From the NCBI GenBank assembly GCA_964187785.1, contig OZ076409.1, forward strand, positions 71,364,001 through 71,428,000: a stretch of DNA of 64,000 nucleotides. Direction: 5' to 3'. Positions 38,445-52,456 of this stretch are shown one piece after another; position 1 is the stretch's first letter; every line of letters starts with the position of its first letter. The notes below the pieces were generated by a model. That model was not told the DNA's origin and made no database searches. It saw nothing but the letters and a program-made list of their open reading frames with translations. Origin of the DNA: Amphiscolops sp. MND2022 (taxonomy: Eukaryota). A program made the position numbers and the translations under genes.

Positions 38445-39514
38445 GTGGTCAAGGGGGATGCCCATCAGAAAATATTGCGAGGCCGGGGAGGGTCCCGAGA
38501 GCCGAGCACATTCTATCAATTCCTACCTTCAGGATTGCGAAGTATTTTAACCGATCTCGAAATTCACCCGTAGGATTTGTCTGAAACTTTGCATGTGGCT
38601 TCATCTCAAAAATTTAAGAATTTTTTTCTGCTGACGTTTTTCCAGGAAAATTCATTTTGTAGGGTTTTTTTGCGTTTTTTTGGTTTTTTTCATCTTTTTT
38701 CATCTTTGATTAATCAATGACCGAATCAAAGGCCATTTTCACCATGAAGGAAAGCCCGTAGCGGCAAAGTGCACTTTTATGAAAATCATCAACGGTCAAC
38801 GGTCTTTCGAACGGTCCGAAAAAATTTCCCCCCGGGGGAAACCAAAGTGCCGAAAAGTGTTAAAATTATTTTTTTGACTGAATCACTTTGATCAAATTGA
38901 TGATTTGAGCAGCCGGAACGGTCCGCACGGTCTCGGACAATAAGGTCAAAAATTGTCAGCATCCAATGGGGGTTCCAAAAATGTAATTCGTTCACCTGTA
39001 GGAGACATCAGAAAAAAGTTGATTTTTTGGGGTATATGTCATTATGAGTGATTGGATGAGAAATAATTGTATCACTTTCAGTTGGATATGATGCAGCACA
39101 GGAAGCAGCTGCAGCAAACTTGAAACTGATTAAGGGGCTGGGGTTTACCCTCTGTATCGAGCAAAATAGCCCTAGGGCATAAGTTGTGCCAAAAAATGCC
39201 TCAAAGTGATGATTTGGTTATTGCAAATCGATCAGCAAAATTTATTGTCACCGGTGTTCCGAGAGTTGCGCAGCATCTCGCAGGAACAACGGTGCTTGCT
39301 TAGAAAGCAAAAAACCACAAAATCCCTTGAGTTAAGTTGACGGGAGTCACCATAGACATTCACTCGTCAGGGTGATGATATTCATCGTTCAATCCCAGAA
39401 TAACTTACAAAAAATTGCTAGCCTCAATATTTCTTTTTCATACTCCATTAGCAAAGGTTGCGCTGTTAAGTTTAGGCCTTTTACTAGCAGTGCTCTAAAT
39501 CGCTCCATCGCTAG
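38445..39514 (+). mobile_element. Cassette 18, family J (1070 bp)
   Basis: Paralogue of cassette 17. Type-3 hairpin at 39255-39288. Confidence 0.85.
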
Positions 39515-42500
39515 GTGGTCACGGGCTGTCCCCCTGCAAAATTGTGCGAGGCCGGGGAGGGACCCGGGACCGAGCTCATTTTATAAAGTATCGACGTCAT
39601 CTACCAGAAATCGTACATGCGGGAGGCCGATTTTGGAACTGAGCCGTTAGAATTGGATGAAAATTTGCACATGTAATCTTCGAGCAATTCTAAGAACTTT
39701 TTCCTGCTGACGTTTTTCCCGCAAAATTCATCTTCATGGTTTTTTTGACAAAAGTTCGGATATAACGAATTTTTGTTCGGATATAACGTTTTTCTTTAAT
39801 AACTTTTACACGGTGCACGCTAGCCCAATGATGCATACTAACAAAAAGTTGTGAATTGTGGCGCGTCAGATGATGGTGCCAAAAAAGTGCCGCTCGGGGC
39901 ACTCAAAATGCCAAAAAATGCCATAATGTGAAGTATCACCAGTATCACCTTTACTTATAAGTCGATTTGAGCATGTTAAACGGTCCGAACGGTCTCGGAC
40001 CATAAGGTCAAAAATTGTCAGCTTTATATGAGGGATTCAAAAATATAATTTTTACACCTGGGGGGAACATAATAAAAAAGTCGATTTTTTGGGGTGTATG
40101 GCATGATGAGCTAGGATGAAATTTTTTATTATGTACTATTCGTTCAATTACTCACCACGCAGCACCAGTAGCAGCGGAGGTCATATATATGAAAAAGATC
40201 AGCGGGCTGGGGCCTACCCACGGTACTATCGCAAAGTAGGCCTGGGGCAATGGTGGTGCCAAAAAATGCTTTATAGTGAGGAATGAGTTTTTGCAAATCA
40301 GCTCATTTTTGCAAACATGTGAATTCCTCGCCAACAACGGTCCGCACGGTCTCCGACAATAGAGTCAAAAAATGTCAGTGAGCTATGGCGACACCGAAAA
40401 TGACATTGGTGAACCTCTGGGGGACCTCTGAAAAAAATTAATTTTTTTGAGTGACGGTCCGAGTTGATCTCATACGTTGTATGAACTTTTCATGATGATG
40501 TTTCTCATGACCGAGCGCAGATAGCACCGTGGGTCATCTTTATCAAAATGAACATTGGGCAGCGGTCTTACGATTGAGTGCAAAAAACATAGCCTAGTTG
40601 CCGTTGCGAAAGAAAAAAATTCTCAGAAGTGGTATTTTGAATTTTTTAAGTTGACTCGGAGTTACAAAATGGTGATTTGCTCCACAGGAACGGTCTGCAC
40701 GGTCTCGGACCATAAGGTCAAAAAATGTCAGTGTGGCATGGTGGCACCCAAAAACCTATCAGAACACTTGTAGAAAGCTTCTGAACAAATTTCGAATTTT
40801 TACGTGGGTCCGAGAGTTATGGTGTCACATCGTAACAACATTTCGGGTATGCATATCTCCTGCCAGAGTATAGATAGCATAATGGGTCATCTTTTCGAAA
40901 ATGAACGTGGGCCACTGGTCTATCGAATGGTCACAAAAAGTTTTCAATAAGTACCGCATGGCGTGAATAATATGCCAAGATAGGTTATTTAGCATTTTTT
41001 TGCACGACTCGGACCCACAAAAAGACAATTTCTGCTCCACCAACGGTCCGTACGGTCTTCGACCATACGGTCAAAAAGTGTCAGTGTGCTATGGTGACGC
41101 CCAAAAACCTAACAGTACACTTGTAGAGTGCTTCTGAAAAAATTTCGAATTTTTAGTTGAGTCCGAGAGTTATAGAGAGTTATGTTGTCACATCGTAACT
41201 ACATTTCGGGTATGTATATCTCCTGACAGAGTACAGATAGCAACATGGGTCATCTTTTGGAAAGTAAACGTGGGCCACTGGCCTACTGAATGGTGATAAA
41301 AAGTTTTCACCAGTTGCTACAGGGAGTGAAAAAAGTGCTTACATGGGTTACATAGCATTTTTTTAAGCCACTCGGACTTACAAAAAGGTCATTTGCTCGC
41401 GAACAACGGTCTGTACGGTCTCCGTCCATAAGGTCAAAAAATATTTGTGCGCTATGGTGACGCCTAAAAACCCATCAGTTTAGCTTTAGCATGCTTCTGT
41501 AAAAATTTGGAATTTTCGTGCTCACAACGTGAGATTTTGGGTTTTGAAAAACAATTTTTCACCCAAAAAACATGTTTTTCAGTGCCCAAAATCAATGTTT
41601 AAATCACAATAGTCACATAAAAAGTTGTTTTGCATAACATGGCACGTGAGTAGCATGAGGAAAGTGCCCACAGTGATTTTGGATTCATTTTTAAAAAATC
41701 AGCTGCCATTAGACGTTACACATCAGAAAATGATACCTCACATATCGAAATATGGGTTGAATGAAAATCAGCTAATGTGCTTTTTTACTCAATCAAGACA
41801 TTGTTTTGGTCACAACCAAGTGTACAGCTGACGTGGAACACAATTTGACCTTCCAGAATGGTTATATTGCAATTTTGAGTGGCAAAAGCCCCGTTGAGGA
41901 ACAAAAATTCAAGATAAAATTTGTTTCCAAACTATTTTTTGACGTATAGGACTATGAATTTTTGCCCACAAACATCAACTATCCACTTCTGTTAGTCCAT
42001 TGGCATGTTAAAAACACAACTGGGTTTTGACAAGGCACATACACTATAAGTCGAGTAGTCATGGGCAGCAATATTTCCTTTTCAACAATGAGATTCGTCA
42101 AAAATTGATACAACATCATATTTTTGGTGGAGTCGAATTGACAAAATGGAGCTTTATCAGCAATTATTGAATTCTAGCGCAACCAACAGGCACTGTAATT
42201 TAGGAAAACGATGTTTATAGAAGTTTCAAGGTCATTTTTCAGAGTCTGGGATACCTAAAAATATCATACTGTACAGACGCATGACTTCAACTTCAGCATT
42301 TTTCCGGATGTATCACCAGTTTCTTGGTATCGGCGGTCACACTAAGACTGTTTTTTGTCTAACATTATACCCGAGGATCAACTAAGGTGCATACCAGACT
42401 TGTAACAACAATGCAAGGAATTTCGACATGTCAATAGTAGTCACTAGAGGAGATTATGCCCGAAAGTTCCGGTTATTTGCAACATTCCTTGGGACCTTTT

Positions 42501-44404
42501 TTAATCGGTGTTTGTTGGTTATGGTATTAACGCTCAACAACCAGCTCACCGGCAGCAGACGACTTGTTTACACTTATAAAAAGTATAAAAAACACCACCA
42601 CGCTTGGTCTTGACACATTTTTTATCCCATTCGTTCTCAAAATGAAATTTTTTTCCCCGAAAACCCAATTTTTGTCAGGTCGAAAATTGAATTTTCGTGT
42701 TTTGAACAACATTATTGTGTCTGCCGTAACCTGTGGCCTCCAAAATAATCAAAATTAGGTATATGACTGGTGTCAAATGCTTCAGTGGCTTGTGAGCTAC
42801 GATAACACGTTTTGCAAAGAAAAATTCAACTTTCCGGTGAAAATTTCGAAGACACATTTTAACAATAAAAACAGAATACATAAAAACTAACCTGTTTTCC
42901 GTCACTTACTAATAACATAGTGTCAGTGTTGTGAAGATGAGGTCTATAGAGTGGTCTATGTGAAAACTGCGGTGCATAAAGCATTGTGTAACACCAAACT
43001 TACTAGAGTACTGAAAATTTTTCACTAGATTTTTTGCACTTTTTATCAAAACGTTGATACTGTAAACATCAATCAGCAGTTCATTCACTAGGGTTATACA
43101 ACTGTGGACATGTTTCAAAGTCTCTTATCTTCCCGTTGTTCCAAACTTCTTTGTTACGGCTGAAAAGAGTTATATGTTTAACAAGCAATGTTCATTAAAA
43201 GATAAATTAGCAAAGACTGAATCAATTTTATAGTAGCTAACCAAATTCCCAATACGTCTCTCACTACTTGCACTTTACGGACTCTATAGATTTGACAACC
43301 TACTCACATTTATCGCGTTTGCTTATTATACGATTCACATTAAACCAATTCAGGAAACAGCTTTTACCTGAATCTTGTGATAGCCTTCCAAGTTGGCCTT
43401 GTGTCAACTTGGCAAGGCTATCACTACAAAAAACAAAAAACAAGACACCCTTGTCTTCTAATTTAGCTGTAGACAATATTGTCCAACCATCCATGATTTC
43501 TGGAGTTGATAACATGTAATTAGCTGACATGTTCTTTTCGTATATGTTCATCACCTTAGAATTCAGAGACAACATTTTTTCTTTGTGTCTTTCGAAAAAT
43601 ACCTGAAACAATTTGGTCAAAATTTGTGAATTGTATGTAGAATGTCCACTCAATTTAACAGTTGGCTTCTTTATCAGCCTCAGGAAAGCCCGTATCTCCT
43701 CGATTTGTCAATTTGTTACATCTTGTATTGAAAGCTTTCTTTCGTGGGTTGAAAGCGCTATAAAACTCGAATGGAGTGTTCATTAAAATTCGTTTAAAGT
43801 CCGCGAAGTATCGTGGTTAAAAGTTTTCACGTTTAATAATAGTTCCATCAAAAAAGTAGATCCGCATAACACAAACCGTTTTCAAAAATTGTTACAATGT
43901 AAAAATTTTTTCATTTTTTCCCGATTGCAATGTAAACTCAAATGGTGAGTCAACATCTCACGTCTTCTCGCATATGATCCGGATTTGAGTAGAGTCTTTT
44001 AAAACAATAGTAACCTCATTCACCACCACCACCACCACATTCTATTCTAATATTACTAAGGATTTCAGCAAATCCTTCAGTAATTGCGACAAATTCATTT
44101 GTAGAAAATTTTCATTGTCACTTATGTCATTGTCAGCGGTGGATCGAGGTTCGCAGCATCTCTCAGGATGAACGGTGCCTGGTTGTAAGGGACTTCTCGG
44201 GATACCCTATTTTTGTTTTAACGGCCTTCACCATTGTCAATTCTGTATCATAGTGATGATGAAGTTTATCTTTGTTCCCATGGCATACTAAAACAGGTAG
44301 CAGGAAGTAAAACAAAGTATTTCAAACTTTAGTATCAAACGTCCTTCTTCCATTTGCTTAGGCTTCCCCCGCCCCTCTAGTCGTGCTCTAATTACCTCCA
44401 CTGG
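39515..44404 (+). mobile_element. Cassette 19, family K (4890 bp), J-related ends
   Basis: J-like 3' end GTGCTCTAATTACCTCCACTGG. Type-2 hairpin at 43377-43424. Confidence 0.8.
39980..41520. repeat. Diverged internal ~355-bp tandem repeat (about 4.3 units)
   Basis: ACGGTCYGHACGGTCT anchor at 39980, 40337, 40690, 41043 and 41406. Family J carries a single copy (~37848). Confidence 0.8.
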
Positions 44405-45708
44405 GTGGCCACGACCATGGTTTCTTGCGTATCTTGTCGAATCCTTTGTCGTTGCCGGCCGGGGAGGGACCCGTTTGCCGGCGTGTGTAGTGTGGGGCCC
44501 CCATACCCAAAAAGTGGTATTTTTTTCAGAGATCTCAAAATCGGCCCGTCAGAATTGCCTGAAATTTGGCATGAGGCTCCCAATTGGGGAAAAAATAAGA
44601 AGTGTAGGAGGCGACTTGTTCGGGTAAATATTGTATGTTGACTTTTGGCCAAAATAGTGTTCCCCCCCAACATGGGCAAAATCACATGAGGTGTAAAAAT
44701 ATGATCACAACTTTTGAACCTTTGGATTTAGGGGTACGGTCGTGGACCACATTAAGCAAGAGCTTTGGTGCGCGGGTAGGATAGATGGGTTTTGATCTCA
44801 GTACCTTCAACCACTTTTGAGAAATTAACGTTTCAAACAAACATCCGGGAGGTATATGTTGCCCCTGAAGGCAGGTTTTTCGTCATTTTCAATGTGAAGG
44901 AGTGGGTTTAGCGCAACGTGTGTGGGCTGCTTTTTTGTTGCCCGTGTGCGGAGCGTTGTATAGAGGTGCTGGTTGTTGAAATTGGAAAAGTTGGTAAAAA
45001 GTTATACCTTTACCCCCCCTACTGTCTCTGCCATTCAATTTTTTTTTCAACTTCAGGCCTCCCAAAGGTGAGAAACTTCCACACAACTAGTATTGCAAGT
45101 GAATGCATGTGGAAAGTACTCGGATAGACGAGAAAAATGAGCTATAGAACGACTCTGTAGCTCAACTTGACGTTGACTTATGACATTTTGAGTGTGAGCT
45201 TGCTACGAGAGAAAAAAATTCAAAATTGAAAATCGAAGCTAAGTCTCATCCAAAACTCATCGAAATACGTTCAATCCATACCAAAGCGGTCAAACTCCAG
45301 CTATATAGTGCAGCAACACTATTCAAGACCATTTGACACAATTTTATTAGTTTTGACATTGTATTATTCATCCGAGAGCACAAAACAGTTGGGTACATTC
45401 CATCTCCCTTTCGGGGGAGATGAGAATGTACCCGCTAAATGACACGCACCATGGCCTAATTTTTACCTTTATGCGACGTTTTCTAGGCTTTTGCGCAAGC
45501 CCACTAATATTTAGACTGGTTCCTTTCTCTTTCACTCCAAACATTCCGTCCGTACTAACCACCTTACACACCACCAGCAGCTCAACGACACATCTGTAAC
45601 GTCAACGCCACATACTCGCATCAATGCCCACCGTCCGTGGGCATGCCGAGGCATGCCCTTCGACGACGTATGCCCGTTGTCGTAACAGGGCGTCCCCATT
45701 CCCGCTAG
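44405..45708 (+). mobile_element. Cassette 20, family L (1304 bp)
   Basis: Paralogue of cassette 24. Type-1 hairpin at 45391-45433. Confidence 0.87.
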
Positions 45709-47695
45709 GTGGGCGGGGGTAATTCCCCAACAAAAATTACGGCCGGCGGGTTGGGTCCTGCCGGACGTTCAAATAGCGCGAAGCATCTAGTAGAAAACAA
45801 GGAGTCCTGAAACAGCGATTTTAAAATTGAACCGTTAGAATTTGGTTTTAGATTGCATGCGGCCCTAAAATCCCCATACGAATGGAAGTTCCTGCTGGCG
45901 TTAAGCGATTGAAATAATATATAAAAAGTTATGGCCCATTTTTGGGTCACCGAGAAGGTCAAAATGAAGAAAATTTTAACTAAGTTGCTGATAACTCAAA
46001 ATGTGTTAATTTTTGGACTTTGACTGTGAAACAAGCTTGGAACCTTCATTTCGTGGCTGTGGCATTGCACTGAACACAAAAGATGTAAAGTTTTCACATT
46101 TTTTGAAAATTCGACATTTTTGAATTTTTTTCACTACTATCAGTACACTATATGTCAAAAACACCTCTGAAAAAAATTTTTATTTGCTTAAAATTGGAAA
46201 CCTTGGTATCCATGGTTTCTGTCGGAACCTACTCGCTGCCAAACACCCAACAGTTTGCATCCAATGTGAATTTAAAATTTTTTTCGAGGTCATAAGGGTT
46301 TCACAAGGTTTTCATAACTTAGTATTAAACTACAAACTGGTCATTTTCAACATAATATCTTTGTCGAGGCATGTCGGATATAGTCCTATTGCTCACGAAC
46401 GGTCCTAGTGGCAACGTAATAACCATTTATAGAAATGTAAAGTTATAAAAAAAATTTTCACCCGGTCTTCAGTCATTTTTCAGTCATTCGGAACTTAACT
46501 TAGAAAAATTTCGACCAAAATATCCATTTTTTGTCAGGTCGAAAAATCAAATTCAGATTTTTAAGCAAAATTATTAACTCTGACGTAACCCATGGGGCCC
46601 ATGATACTCAAAACAACGATTGACACTGGTATCATTGGCTCCAATAACATATGAGTTGCGATAAGACGTTATTTTGAGCATTACGTCTCAATTGAGGTAA
46701 AGATCTCGCAAGCCAGCGATCACTGTGAAATGTGATTTCATCAAAAATTTACTCTTTTTTGTCAATCACTATGTGCACAGAATGCGTAGGGTGCGATTCA
46801 GCACTATAATGAGGTTTTTGAAGGCATCGAGTTGCTCAAGGGGTGGTATGAGACATTTTTGTCCCATATACTACTGTATTTTCCAAAATTTTTAGCCCAA
46901 TATCTGGAAATACAAACTTGACAAAATACTTTCAACTACTTTATTCAAAGGTTACAATATAGATGAACACTGTGGTTGATCAGAAACTTTCATCTCTTTC
47001 GTTTTCCGATATATTTCCCTTCGCATGTGTTACATTCGTAGCAGAAAAAAAAATCGAAACTGAAAAATACGCAATTTTGCTAATATAGAATCGCAATGAT
47101 TGTGCCTAAAAACTCTTTAAACACTTCTAACGCAACCTTACGTACCCAAAATGATCGAAAATGCTATTCACAATGGTGACATCTGCTCTTTCTACGATCC
47201 TGGCTGGACAAGGTTTGCATATTTTTCAAGTACCTGTCAGCTAAATCTTGTGATAGCCTTTTCAGTTGGCCTTGTGTCAACTTGGGAAGGCTATCACATC
47301 AAAAAACCATCAACAAAAATAATTTTTGTTTATTGGATCTTACAGTCGATACTTTTTTTCGTGATTCTATACTACCGTTAGTATATTTCATCAGGTCACC
47401 TTACGATTGCATTCAGTCTTTGATAAAAACCTATGAACTCAAAGTCACATTTATATATTTTTTTGCCAAAAAAAACATCAAAAATATCTAAAATATATAA
47501 AATAGAGTCTTTAACATTTTTACGTTTCAAGTTTTTGCCGTTATTAGGCCAATCAACGTCCTAGAGCCACATCCTGCCACATACTGTACAACGCCACATA
47601 GTGTTGCGACGTGCACAGTCTGTGGGCATGCCGAGGCATGCCCTTCGACGACGTATGCCGAATACCGCGGGCCTACGCCCGCGCTCCCCGGCTAG
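45709..47695 (+). mobile_element. Cassette 21, family F (1987 bp)
   Basis: Type-2 hairpin at 47250-47297. Confidence 0.87.
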
Positions 47696-50600
47696 GTGGG
47701 CGGGGGTAATTCCCCAACAAAAAAATCGGCCGGCGGGTCGGGTCCTGCCGGCCGTCCAAAATCAAAATTATACTAGTAGAAAACGGCCGGTCAAACGAGC
47801 TATTTTTTTATTTAACCGTTAGAATTTGGGTTTAGATTGCATGCGGCCATGAAATGGCCATACGAATCGAAGTTCCTGCTGACGTTTTGCGATTGAATCA
47901 CTTTATAAAAAGTTATGGCCAATTTGTCATTCACCTAGAAGGGCAAAATGAGGAAAATTTTAACAAAGTCGCTGATAACTCAAAATGTAATAATTTTTGG
48001 ACTTTGACAGTGAAACAAGCTTGGACCTGTCATTTCGTGGCTGTGGCATTGCACTGAACACAAAAGATGTAAAGTTTTCACATTTTTTGAAAATTCGACA
48101 TTTTTGATTTTTTTTTCACTACTATCAGTACACTATATGTCAAAAACGCCTCTGAAAAAAATTTTTATTTGCTTAAAATTAGAAACATTGGTATCCATGG
48201 TTTCCGTCAGTACCTACTCGCTGCCAAACGCTCAACAGTTTGCATACAATGTGAAAATATAATTTTTTTCGAGGTCATAGGTGTTTCACAAGGATTTCTC
48301 AACTTAGTATCTATTTACAAATTGGTCATTTTGAACACATTATTTTCATCGAAGCGTGTCAGATACCACCCTAATGCTCACGAATGGGCCTACTGGCAAC
48401 GTTGGAACCATTTTTAGTAATAGAAAGTATTAAAAAAATATTTTCACCCGGTCTTCAGTCATTTTTCAGACATTCGGTACTTAACTTAGAAAAATTTCGC
48501 ATCAAAAACCCATATTTGGTAGGGTCGAAATTTGAAATTCAGTTTTTTATGCAAAATTATTAACTCTGACGTAACCAGTGGAGCCCATGATACTCAAAAA
48601 CACGATTGGGACTGGTATCAGTGGCTCCAATAACATATGAGCCGCGATAAGACGTTATTCAGAGCAAACGCTCTAAATCGAAGTAAACATCTCTGAAGCC
48701 TGGGATCACAGTGAAATGTGATATCACCAAAAGTTTACTCTTTTTTGTCAATCACTATGTACACAGAGTGCGTAGGGTGAGTTTCAGGACTATAATGAGG
48801 TTTTTGAAGTAATCGCGCTGCTCAAGGGGTGGTATGAGACTATTTTTTCCCATATACTACTACATTTCCATAAATTTGCAGTCCATTGTCTTGGAAAGAT
48901 AAATTCACAAAAACAATTTTTCTACTCTATTCAGTTATTAGAATAAAGTTGATTACTGTGGTTGATCAGAAATGCTCAATTCTTTTGGTTTTTAAAAAAA
49001 TTCCTTCGCATTCGTTACATTTGTGGAAGGAAGGTTATCAGTAGCTCCAAAAAAAACGAAATTTAGCACGAACAGACATGCAACGATGCAAAGCAAAAAC
49101 GTTTTTACAACTTCCGACGTCATTATTTTACCCAAGAAGTTCGAAAATATCATTCGCAATGCTGTCATTCGCTATATATACGATCGCGGTCAATTTACAA
49201 ACATTTAGATTTCATTGTTATGCTTGAAAACCAATTTTTGTCAGGTCGAAATTTTAAATTTTGCCTGGGGAGCAATACCCTTCAGGCTGAAGTAAACAGT
49301 GGGGCCCAAGTTACTCAAAAACAAGAAAGAGACTGCTACAATATGTCCTAATAACATATGGACCACGATAGTACGTTTTTCCTACAAAAAACTCTCATCC
49401 GAAGTAAATATGTTGAAAGCTTTTAATCACCGTGAGAAGTGATTTCATCAAAAAATAACTATTTTTTGTCAATCACTATTTACACAGAATTTGTAAAGTT
49501 AGTTTGAGTCATGAAATGAGGCTTTACCGTAATATGGGTTGCTCAAGGTGTTATATAAGACAAAAACTTCCTCTTTTCTACTAGCTTCTTCAAATATTTC
49601 AACCCTTTCTCACAATAAGTTAATATTCAAAATCTCTTTGAAATGTATCTTTATGTTGGGGTGAAGTCTAAGAACAATAACTATGATCGAAGAATGCTAG
49701 TACTGGTGTTTGAACCATGTCCGGATGAACAAATCACAAAATAATCAAAAAATTGTTCCCTTTTTTGGTTATTTTGGCAGTACTAAAAATGTTAGCTGAT
49801 AAATAATTTTTTCGATGGCACCATTGGATTCCTCTCAAAAAGTTGGTTATATGACCTGTGTAATAACCCCGTATCTTTTCAATTTGAATATATTTAAAAA
49901 GCCAACTATTTTGACCAAAATCCTAAAAATCATACCATTTCCTAAAAATTTTCAAATGCACCCCATTTGACGTATTAGATAAGCACAGAAAACTATCATA
50001 TACCGATCAACTCTACTCCCATTGTAGATTATTAGAATTTTGTTTAGAATGAATTTTGATGGATATTTAAAAAATTTTGAACCCTCCAAAAATGGGCCAA
50101 AATTACACGAAAAAATTGACCTTAAAATACCAAAATGTCAAAAAATCATCAAAACCACGGCTTCTTGGGGTTCTATCAACTCCGCGTGGTCCACAGAGTA
50201 TGCTAAAACAGGTTTTACCCGTTTTTGAGCAATATGTGAAAAAGCCGACATTTTTGGGAAAGAAAAACATACCATTTCCTAAAAAAATTCAAATGCACGT
50301 CATTTGCCGTATTAGAATAGCACAGAAAACTATCACATACCAATCAACTCTACTTTCATTGCAGATGAACAGAATTTTGTTTAGAATAAATTTTACCGGA
50401 TAATAAAAAATATTTGAATCCTTCAAAAATGGGCCAAAATTACACGAAAAATGGACCTTAAAAATTTAAAATGTCAAAAAATCATCAAAACAACAGCTTC
50501 TTGGGGTTCTATCAACTCCACGAGGTCCACAGAGTATGCTAAAACAGGTTTTACCCGTTTTTGAGCAATATGTGAAAAAGCCGACATTTTTGGGAAAGAA

Positions 50601-52456
50601 AAACATACCATTTCCTAAAAAAATTCAAATGCACGCCATTTGCCGTATGAAAATAGCACAGAAAACTATCACATACCAATCAACTCTACTTTCATTGCAG
50701 ATGAACAGAATTTTGTTTAGAATAAATTTTACCGGATAATAAAAAAAATTGATTCCTTCTAAAATGGGCCAAAATTACACGAAAAAATGGACCTTAAAAT
50801 TTTAAAATGTCAAAAAATCATCAAAACCACGGCTTCTTGGGGTTCTATCAACTCCACGTGGTCCACAGAGTATGCCTAACCCGGTTTTACCCATCTTTGA
50901 GCAAAATGTGAAAATACCGACATTTTTGGAAAAGAAAAACATGCCATTTTCTAATAAATTTCAAATGCACGCCATTTGCTGTATGAGAATAACACAGAAA
51001 GCTGTCACATACCGATCAACTCTACTTCCATTGTAGATTATCAGAAGTTTGTTTAGAATAAATTTTGATGGATAATAAAAAAAATTGAATCCATCAAAAA
51101 TGGGCCAAAATTACACGAAAAAATTGACATTAAAATATCAAAATGTCAAAAAATCATCAAAACCACAGTTTCTTGGCGTTCTATCAACTCCATATGATAC
51201 CAAACCAGGTACTGCCAATCGTTTGGGTTATAATAAAAAAACGTCTTTTTTGGCAAGAATTCCATACCATAAATAATAATCATGTTCCATATAAGAAGCG
51301 AATCATTTCAGATATATACCCTGTTCATTTTTTTAATATTACCGATTATTAATTTAATAGATGTTTTGAATGTGAGCTTCCTAAAAGGTTCAGGTGTGAT
51401 GATACGTAAATAGAACCTTAGTTTCATCGAAATCTCAATTGAATATGTCCAATCTTAACCATCAGATAACAAGAAACACTTAAGTACATTCCATCTCCCC
51501 ATCGGGGGAGATGAGAATGTACTTTCGAGAAGCCAAATACGTCCAACATTCAAACTTTTGTAACTTTGTATGTAACTCCTGAAACGAAGAAGGAATAAAA
51601 TTGTTTCTGGTACATACATGAGTCTTTACTTCAGCTTCTATTTCTGCTGAACAAAACCATTCGACTCTTTTACCGGAGTTAAGATCGATTGTTTTACCCA
51701 GTGAACAAAGGCATGACTGAAAACGTTTACTACTTTGTTCATAATTTTCCGGCCTTCCGAAATGATGAAACGTCCACATAACTAAGATAGCAAGTGAATG
51801 ACTGCGAAATGCACCTTATTAGATGAGGTAAATAACGTGTAAAACTCTCCTTTATCCTAACATGAGGTTGAGTAATGATCATTTGAGAATAGTTTGATAT
51901 GTGAATACAATAGTATAAAACAAGTACATTTTATATGAATAACGCCGTGGAAAGCGTTCAGAAAGGACAGTAGGCTTGTTTGGAACATGTATGTGTGGTG
52001 TCCCTTGGTGGCGTTCGCTTAGTGTATATGTCGAGGGGTATTCGAGTTGTTATGATAGAATTTACACACAAGTCTTTTGTTTTTTGGTTTTTTTAAAATG
52101 TCGTTAAGTACCTGCATTCTATCCCCTTCTCAGAGATGACGTGAAGTTACGTTTGCTAAATAAATGTCATCGAAAGATCACACTCCCGACGAAATTAACT
52201 ATCTTAACACGTGTTTAGAATTTTAAATAAACAACCGTATAAGATTTTTATATTTCATTGAGTTTGATGAAGTCTTTTGTTCTTCTCACTACTATTTCAA
52301 CCAATACACATATCCGTTACCATATCACATGTCTCCTTTAGTACAACGCCACATAGCGTTCCGACGCCCACAGTCTGTGGGCATGCCGAGGCATGCCCTT
52401 CGACGACGTATGGCAAATGGAGCCATGCCCGCCGTCTTTACGGCGGTAGCGGCTAG
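47696..52456 (+). mobile_element. Cassette 22, family I (4761 bp)
   Basis: Paralogue of cassette 15. Type-1 hairpin at 51482-51524. Confidence 0.85.
49931..51260. repeat. Internal ~336-bp tandem repeat, four copies
   Basis: CATRCCATTT anchor at 49931, 50268, 50604 and 50940. Confidence 0.9.
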
